A stretch of DNA of 27,512 bases from positions 1-27,512 of IMG/VR virus record IMGVR_UViG_3300012952_000099, one strand, 5' to 3'. The DNA is from a virus. Lineage: Duplodnaviria > Caudoviricetes. Below are positions 16,888-25,800 of this stretch, one piece after another (position 1 is the stretch's first letter; each line of letters begins with the position of its first letter). Both the position numbers and the translations under genes were made by a program. Under the pieces are notes generated by a model, which was given only the letters and a program-made list of their open reading frames with translations, did not search any database and had not been told where the DNA came from.

Positions 16888-19800
16888 ATGAGTTTTCATA
16901 TTAATTCCGACAAAGAGAAAATTAGGGGAGTCAACCCTAAACTCATCGGTGATAATGAAGCTACTATTAGAGTCGGAACTGGAGCGGATGAACAAGAAAT
17001 CATGCGTCTCCAGCAAGATCCTACTAGTGGTCTTCCTCGTGTGGGTATTAATAGAACGGGTCAAAGAATTGACAAAATTAATTTAGATCAAGGTGGAACT
17101 GGATATACACAAGCACCTCTAGTTGCTATTGATGCACCTCCTGCAGGTGGAACTCAAGCACAAGCATCTGCTACTGTTTTCAATGGTAGAGTGGTAACTG
17201 TTGTTGTTAATGATCCAGGTAATGGTTACTCAACAGCACCAAATGTAGTTTTTACTGGTGGTAATGGTTCTGGTGCAGCTGCAACCGCTACTCTTGATAC
17301 TGTAGAGTTTGAACTTGATATTAATGGTGCTATTAGAACATCAACATCTATCATCTCAGATACTGCTAGAATTTTAAACATTGATGTTGAGAACTTTGTT
17401 ACTCCTGACCTAAACTTAAGAGCACCAAACTTAAAAACATTTATGAATGGCACTGGTACGCCATGGGCTGCCAATGTTATTGTACAGAAAGATCAATATA
17501 GATACTCGCAAAGTAACGTATATCAAGCAACAAATACAGGAACTACTGGAACTTTAGCACCAGAACATAAGGATGGTATTGTATTAAATGGTGAAGTTAA
17601 CTTTAAGCACATTGGTTTTAGAGTAAATAATCAAGATGATTATAATTATTTACAAACTGGAGAAGCTGGTACATATCCTCGTTCTATAACACCTTTACTA
17701 GGTGATAGAACAGATAAAATTGCTACTACAGAATATGTTCTTAACCTAGCAACGAATGACGTTGGTGGTCGTGTTTATGTTTCACAACAGATTGGTTCTG
17801 ACCTTAACGATGGTCGTTCTGCTGTAAACCCAGTTCGTACAATCAAGAAAGCTGCACAGATTGCATGGTCAACACCTGGCGTCAAAGAAACACTTATTGT
17901 ATCTGGTGGAGATTACGTAGAAGATAACCCAATATCATTACCTCCAGATTGTTCAGTTGTTGGTGATAACCTTCGTTTGGTAATTATTAGACCAGGTAAT
18001 ATTGGTAAACATATTTTCAAGTTTGGAGATAAGAACTACGTTACTGGAGTAACATATAGAGATAAAATTGACTCTAACGGTGATCCTACTGGAACGTGGG
18101 ATTTTGCTATGGTCTTTGATGATAAGCAAAGAATTATAGTTGACAATGAAGTTAATGGAGACTTTGGTGTAGACTTCCCAATCGGTCACCAAATATTCGG
18201 ACCTGATCAATTCCGTATTAGTTTCCAAAATAATACAGGATTAAGTTTACTTGCAACTGGAGCTCAAATCCTAGGTTTAAACACTGGTGCTAGAGCAAAT
18301 GTATTTGGTGTTACCTTTGCATCAACCACTGGTGCAAATGCATATGTTTCAGGTACGATTGATGTATCACTAACAGCTGGTTCTTTTATTGAAGGTGATC
18401 AATATAGTTACATCACATCTGCAGCTGCTGGCGGTGCAATCTCCCAAACAATCTCCCAAACAGCAGGGGAAAACATTTTAAGGTTTACTACAGATCCATC
18501 AACAGATCTTCCAGTAGGAAATGTTGTACAGTTAAATGATGCTGACAACTCATCCTTTACTGGTACTGGTTTTTATCAAGTTTCTGTCATCAATAATGGT
18601 AATGCTCCTACTTATTGGGATGTTACTTTTGTTCCTATTTTAGGAGCAGCAAGTTGGGATACTACTCAAACAGAAACGATTTCAATTAATTCTGCTACTC
18701 CCACAACTAATACAATTGACACTGTTAATTTAAAGTCAATTAGAGCTGAGGGTGAGGTTGTAGCATATGACAATGATGTAATTTCTACTTTACCAATTAC
18801 TAGAATTGACTTCTCTTTACAAGGAGATCCAAGCATTGCAACAGGTGGTTTCCAACAAGCTCAGTTTGGAAGTGCAGAAGATCTTGGTGGAATTGTTTTC
18901 TACACAAGTGCTCTTGTAGGTAGAACAAATACACATGAATTTAAAGAAGGTCAGGAAATTGTTCTTGAGAACATGCCTACTTCTAACCCAGATCTTTCTT
19001 TCTTAAATGGAAAACAAAGAATTTATAAGGTACTAGAAGATGCTGATGGAAGAGCAAGAAGATTTGTTATTCCTAAAAAGATTCCTTCATTGACAACAGC
19101 AAATTATGCACCAAGTGAATTTGCTGTAGTAAAGTCATATTCAAAAGTAGTTACTTTATCTCTACTAAACTCTCCAAATAAATTTCCTTTAGCAACTCCT
19201 GTAGAAAGAAGATTTCAGGATGCTTGTCAGTTAATTAGAAATAATAGAGATTATATTGCAGAAGAAGTAGTTGGTAGAATTAACGAGCAATTCTCAAAAG
19301 ATTACTTTGCAGTATACAACCTTGATTCTGTTAACAATACATTTGACATATATCTAGGTACAACAGATCATGTAAACACTTATGTCAGTGGTGGTACAGT
19401 AACATTTGGTGGAACTTCATACGCAATTAGCAATTTTGTATATGATAATGCTGCAACTGGTGTTGCTACAATTACTACAACTGCAGCTGCCATTAGTGCA
19501 CTATCTGAAGATGCTGTTGTTAAACTAGCAGACATTCTTATTTCTTGTAGTGCAGGTCAGAAAATTTACCCATCATATAGTTCTCCAACTTCTGGAAACA
19601 ATACTGGTGATGATGGTGATGAGCAATGTAAGCAAGACGTCATACACTTCCTTAATGCTCTTGTAAGAGACCTTGAATTTGGATCTAACCACAATATTAT
19701 TGATGCTGCTAAGAAGTATATTGTTGATGGAAAGATTGCTTATATTGAAGATGAAATTATTCAAAACGTACGTGCTATTGAATATGCTAGAGAGTTAGCA

Positions 19801-22800
19801 ACTTATGCAATGTGCAACTGGAGAATTAAAAACAGAACTGTTACTGATCCTCTATACACTACACAACACGCTACTACTCCAAGATATACAGATACAACTA
19901 TTATTAATAGTACAGCAGGATCACCTGCTTGTGCTAACGTAGCAGCTGCTATTGATACTTTATCATTCTTGTGGGTTGATGTTATATCCAATAATGCTTC
20001 TGGAACCTATATTGATGCTGCATATTTAATTGCAAGAAACGCTGATTTAATTGCAGATCAAGCACTTATTGATACAGAAGCTGCATATCCAACACTTAAT
20101 CTTTCTGATCTACATCAAAGAAAATGTCGTAGAGATATTAAGATTGTATTAGAAGGATTAGTAAGAGATTTAGTTCTTGGTGGAAACCATGGTATTGTTT
20201 CTACTGCAGAAGCATACTTTAGTGGTACAGTTCTTTCTGGTATTTCAGAAGCACAGAGACCACAAACAATTTATGCTTTTGACAGAGTAAAATTATATGC
20301 CATTTATGCGATGCGTAACTGGTCTGATGGAAACGTTTTACAAACAACTCCAACAGGATCTACATATGTTCCTACTACTGGAGCATTGACAGTAGTTATT
20401 CCAGATCCAGCAGTAGCACCTGTAGCAAACTCAGATAGAATTGCTTTTGCTGAGGAAGCACTTACATTTAGCTGTGCTTATTCTGGTGGTGGTAATGATG
20501 CAGGTCCTTATAGAACTGACGTTGCATTTGGTAAAAGTTTCTTAATTACTAACGTAGTTTCTAGTGGTGGTAATACTACTATTTCATGTAATGTTGGTGC
20601 TGCAGGAAGCAACACTGATACTCATACATTTGTAAGTGCTCTTACTAATGGAACTAAAATTATTTACGGTCCTCTTACATTAACATCTCCAGTTCCTAAG
20701 TTTGAAGATTGGAGTATTTTAAACGGACCTGGCGCTGCTCCTATTGGCATATTCACTCCAACTACCGCTACTTACGATCCATCAAATGGTAATCTTACAT
20801 TTACCACTGCAAATGCTCATAACTTAGGAACATCTAATACAATTCGTTTCCAACCAGAATCATTGGTGTTTACCTGTGATATGGATAACGATGCTACAGA
20901 GCATAAGTATCCAAAAGATGGTCAACCTGCATTTGGTAATAGTCTTCCTATTACTGCAACAACAACTAATACAGTAACTGTAAATGTTGGAACATCTGGT
21001 GCTAACGTACAGTTTACACCAACTGCTGCAACATATGATCCTTCATCAGGAATAATGGTATTAGAGATTGGTTCTCATACTTTAGATGTTGGAGAAGGTG
21101 TTGTTATTGCTGATAATTCATTGAGCTTTACCTGTACAATGGATGGTAATAGCTCTACTAAGACATATCCAAGACCTTCTATTGATAGAGTTGGTGGAAG
21201 ATCAATTCCAATTACAGGAAAAACAGCAACATCAATTACAGTTAATGTTGGTGTATCTCCTGCAAATAAATTATTACAAGCAGTAACAGGCACAACATAC
21301 AATCCTACAACTGGAGATTTAGTTCTTCAAGTAGGTCAGCATGGTATTGGCGTAGGAAGAAATATTGTATTAGAAGATGGTGCTGTAACATTTACATGTC
21401 TACAAGATAATGATCAAACAACTCATGCATATCCTCGTTCAACTGACCCTGCATCTGGATCATCTCTAGCGGTCACTGCTGTTGGAACTACATCTCATAC
21501 AGTAACTAATGCACCATACAATGCATCTACTGGTGTTATAACATTTACATTATCAACTCATGGATTCTCTACTGGTGATTACATTAAGATTGATGATAAT
21601 GCATTAACATATACATGTGTTCTTGATGGTAATGCAACTCAACATCAATACCCTCGTGCTGGATATGATGCAGCAAGTAATCGTTGGTTAGAAATTACAA
21701 AAATTGATGATAACACATTCTCAGTTAATGTTGGTGGTTCTCCATACACTGGATCACATACATTTGTAAGTGCTGATCCTAACGGAATTAAGAGACAAGA
21801 TGGAACATTAACAGTCAATGTTGGTACATCATCTAACACTACAACTCATACATTTGTAAGTGGTCTTGCAGGTGGTGTTAAGTTCTTACCACAAACTGTA
21901 CATACATTTGTTACTGGACAAGCAGCTGCTGTTAACGCAATATCACACTCTCCACAGTCACCTCACGCATTTGTAAGAGCAAGTGCAGACTCTGTAAGTG
22001 CTTATGCTTCTAGTGCTACATCAATTTGTGCAAGTGTAGAATCTAGTATTAATACAGCATTAGAATTATTTGAAGATATTTTAGATGGAACAACTCTTCC
22101 TGGAGCTACAACTCAAACATTCGGATCATTATATAACACTATTGATATTATTACATATCCAGATAGTTACATTTATGATACTGCTAATAATCGCATGGCA
22201 GTTCGTGGTAGATTTGATGACTTCCCAATCATTGAAGCATCTCCATATACACAGAATGCATCTGTTATCTCCTTCAGAGGTGGTGGTGGTGCTCTAGTTG
22301 ATGGATCTAAAGTAAAACAACCTAACTGTCCGTTTCCTGGTTTAGAACCAGATGGAACTGCATCCTTCCCTAATCAGGGTAAATCAATGGTTGCTGCTGC
22401 GTTCACGATTGTGTCGTTTGGTGGTACTGGTTATAAGGTTATAGAAGATGGTTATACACAGTTGGTTTCTGTGTTTGTTATCTTCTGTCAAGATGGTGTT
22501 CTTTGTGAGTCTGGTGGTTATGCATCTATTACTAACTCTGCTACTAACTTTGGTACATATGCATTAAGAGGAATTGGATTTAGAGCAGAGTGTTATGCGT
22601 TTGATACAGGAACAGTTAATGTTGTGTCTCAAACTCCAACTGGAAGAACCACTATGACAATTGGTGGTATCGGTAGAGAACCACTAGAACACTATATTGT
22701 TAAATTTGATGGATATAGAAATGCTGATCCAGAAAAAGAATTCTTTATTGACGCTGTAAGTGCTGTTACTGTAGGACCTCCTTTCTCTGCAACTCTTACA

Positions 22801-25800
22801 CTTGATGATGGTATCGGTAATGGTTTAACTTTAATCAGAGAAAGTGACAATGCTACTATTACTGGTCTTGCTGCATTACAAGCTGCATTAACACCTTCTG
22901 GTTCTTCTAACGCAACTATTAAGTTACATAGACCATCTATTGTTAACTCTTCATCACACACTTGGGAATTTGCTGGATCTGGTACAAACTATCTTGCACT
23001 ACCTGAGAACGGTGGTACTAAAGTTGAAGCAAACGAGCAAGTATCTCAAGATTATGGTCGTGTTTATGTCTCTGGTACTGATGAACTAGGAGACTTTAAG
23101 GTTGGTACATTCGCTAGAATTGAGAACAGAACTGGTAATATTACTTTCACTGGTACAGTTACAATTTCTGAAGTTGAATTCTTGAAGTTGAAAGGTGGTG
23201 ACGTTGTTGTTACTGGATTTGATAATTCTAATACACTTGGTGGTGCTAACGCTAGTGACTCTAAATTACCTACACAGAAAGCAGTTAAAGATTATATCAC
23301 TAACTCTTTAGGACCTTACATTAACAAACCATACTCTACTAACGCTGTTCCTAGAGCACTGGTTGAACTTACTGATTCTGGTAAAATTTCTCTTGATCAG
23401 ATACCAGCACTAAGACCTTTCAGTGTCTTTACAGTTGCCGATCAAGCAGCAAGACTAGCATTAGAAGGAGCACTTGCTGGTGATATTGCAATTCAACAGG
23501 ACACACAAACTTCCTTTATTCTAAACAATGACCTAACAAGTTTATTCTTAGGATTTGCTGTAGATTCTACTCTTTCATTCACTATCGGTGATGTATTTAC
23601 TGGTACTCCATCCACAGGTAGAATTCAATCTACTGAATATAGACAAGGTGTATTATTCAATATTAATATTACTGGTGGTGGTTCTGGATATACAGTTGCT
23701 CCTACAGTAACCATTTCTGGTGGTAACCCATCCTCAGGTGCTGTTGCAGCTACTGCGACTTCTACGATTGCAAATGGTGAAGTTGTTACTATTACAATCA
23801 ATACAAACGCTGGTTACATTGGTGGTTATGGATATACTACACAACCAACAATTACCATTGCAGCACCTCCTGGCGCTGGAACACAAGCAACTGCTGATGC
23901 TTTTCTTGAAAGTAGATTGTATGGTAATATCGTTAACAATATCAAGATGCTTGATACTGATACATTTGACGATAGTTCTTCTCCAAGTGCAAATACAATT
24001 AATATTACTAGAGTTGTTAACACATCTGGATCAACTGCAAGTAACTGGGTATCACTAAGTAGTGATTCTGTTGGTGTTTCTTCTCTTACTGGTCCTGGTC
24101 TCATCTCTACAACCCTACTAGGTTCTGAAGCTGCAAACTCTTTCTCCTTCTTAAGAGGTGACCAAAGTTACGCAAAGGTTGTTCAATCACTTAAGGGTGC
24201 AGAAACAAGATACTTTGCAAGACTATACTCTCAAGCATCAGTAGGTGCAAGTGCGTTTATCTTCCAAGGATTATCTGATGTTCTTAAGGGTCATGACATT
24301 GTAGCTTCAGTTGCTGGAATTGCTGCTGATACAACAGTTAATGGAGTTAGTGTAGTTGGTGGTCTAACAACTGTTTCTTTCAATAATCCTATTACCTCAA
24401 CTATCTCTGTAGGAACAGTTATTGAATTTAATCGTGGTGCATCTCCACTTATATTTGACTCTACAAATACAGGTGGTGAGTTTATTGATTCTGTTGTTAT
24501 TGCAAACCAAGGTACAGGATACACAGATGGTCAATACTTTGATGTTGCATTAGATGCACCAGCAGGAAATAATGGTACTAATCTTAAAGCAAATATCATT
24601 GTTGGTGAGAATGGTCAGAATGGTCAAATTACTACATGTACAGTAACAAATGCTGGATCTGGATATACAGCAGATTTCCAAGTTACACCACTTCCAACTG
24701 CTATTGGAGCTGGTTCTAACGGTGTTCTACTTGCAAAAGTAGCAACTACTCAGAAACAATTTGCTAATATCGCACTGGACGTTCAAAGAGTTTCTGATCT
24801 AACCATTTCACAAGATCTCTTTGGAACCATTGGTGTTTCTAGATATAAGAAATCTCAATTCAATCTTGGAGTTGAAGGAAATGGATCTGTTTCTATTAAA
24901 ATGGGTCCTGACAGTGGACTTGACGCTGACTTATTAGATGGTCAACAGGGTTCTTACTATCTTAACGGTGCTTTCTTCGTTGATAGTAGTATCGTTCCAG
25001 ATAAACTTGCAAGTGGAGTATACAGTATTGATATTAGTGGAAGATCTACTAATACACTTCGTTTAGACACTGGTACTAGTAATGCTAATGCTAATCCTGG
25101 TCCTAGTGATGCTGTACAAGGTATAACACTACAGACTCTATTCAATAGTTCTAATGGTTTATTATCTGCATTCCCAAGCGTAGACACTGGTAACTCTAAC
25201 TCTGCTAAACATCTAGTGATGACTCTCCGTAATGGAGAAACTGGTGGAGATGCTACATTTGGTGGTGTAAGACAACTTGCTTTTGCTAACGATGATAGAA
25301 TATACTTCCGTGGTTCTGGTGATGCTGTAACATCATATGGTTCGTGGTATGAGGTATGGAACTCAGGGAATCAGGGTATTGACTCAGGCTTAGATGCTGA
25401 CAAACTTGATAACAAGCAAGGTCTTTGGTATCAAGATGCTAAAAATATTATATCTAATCAAATATTTGATACTAGACTTCCTGTATGGAGAAGTTCTACT
25501 AAGTTTAGAGACAAGATTGAAATCTCATCTTATGGTGGAACAGATACTTTTTATAGAATTTTAGTAAGACAGAATCTTGATATTTCTATAGGTGGAGATT
25601 TTGAAGTTACTAATACAATTGACCTCTTTGATACCAACAAAATTAGTGCTGGTGATTTTACAATCACTGGAACTGAACAAGTTGTAGATCAAAATGATTC
25701 ATCTAACACTTATACAATTCTTATAGGAAGACTTGCTTCTGGTGGAAATATTGATAATGCTGTATATCTTGGAGTTGCTGGTGATGAAAGATTATTTGAA

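Noticed and set aside
20623-21980. Recurrent catacatttgtaagtg as a CRISPR-like array or DGR template/variable repeat
   Set aside because: The copies are short, irregularly spaced and in frame within a protein repeat. There is no adenine-specific mismatch pattern, reverse transcriptase or cas gene in the window.
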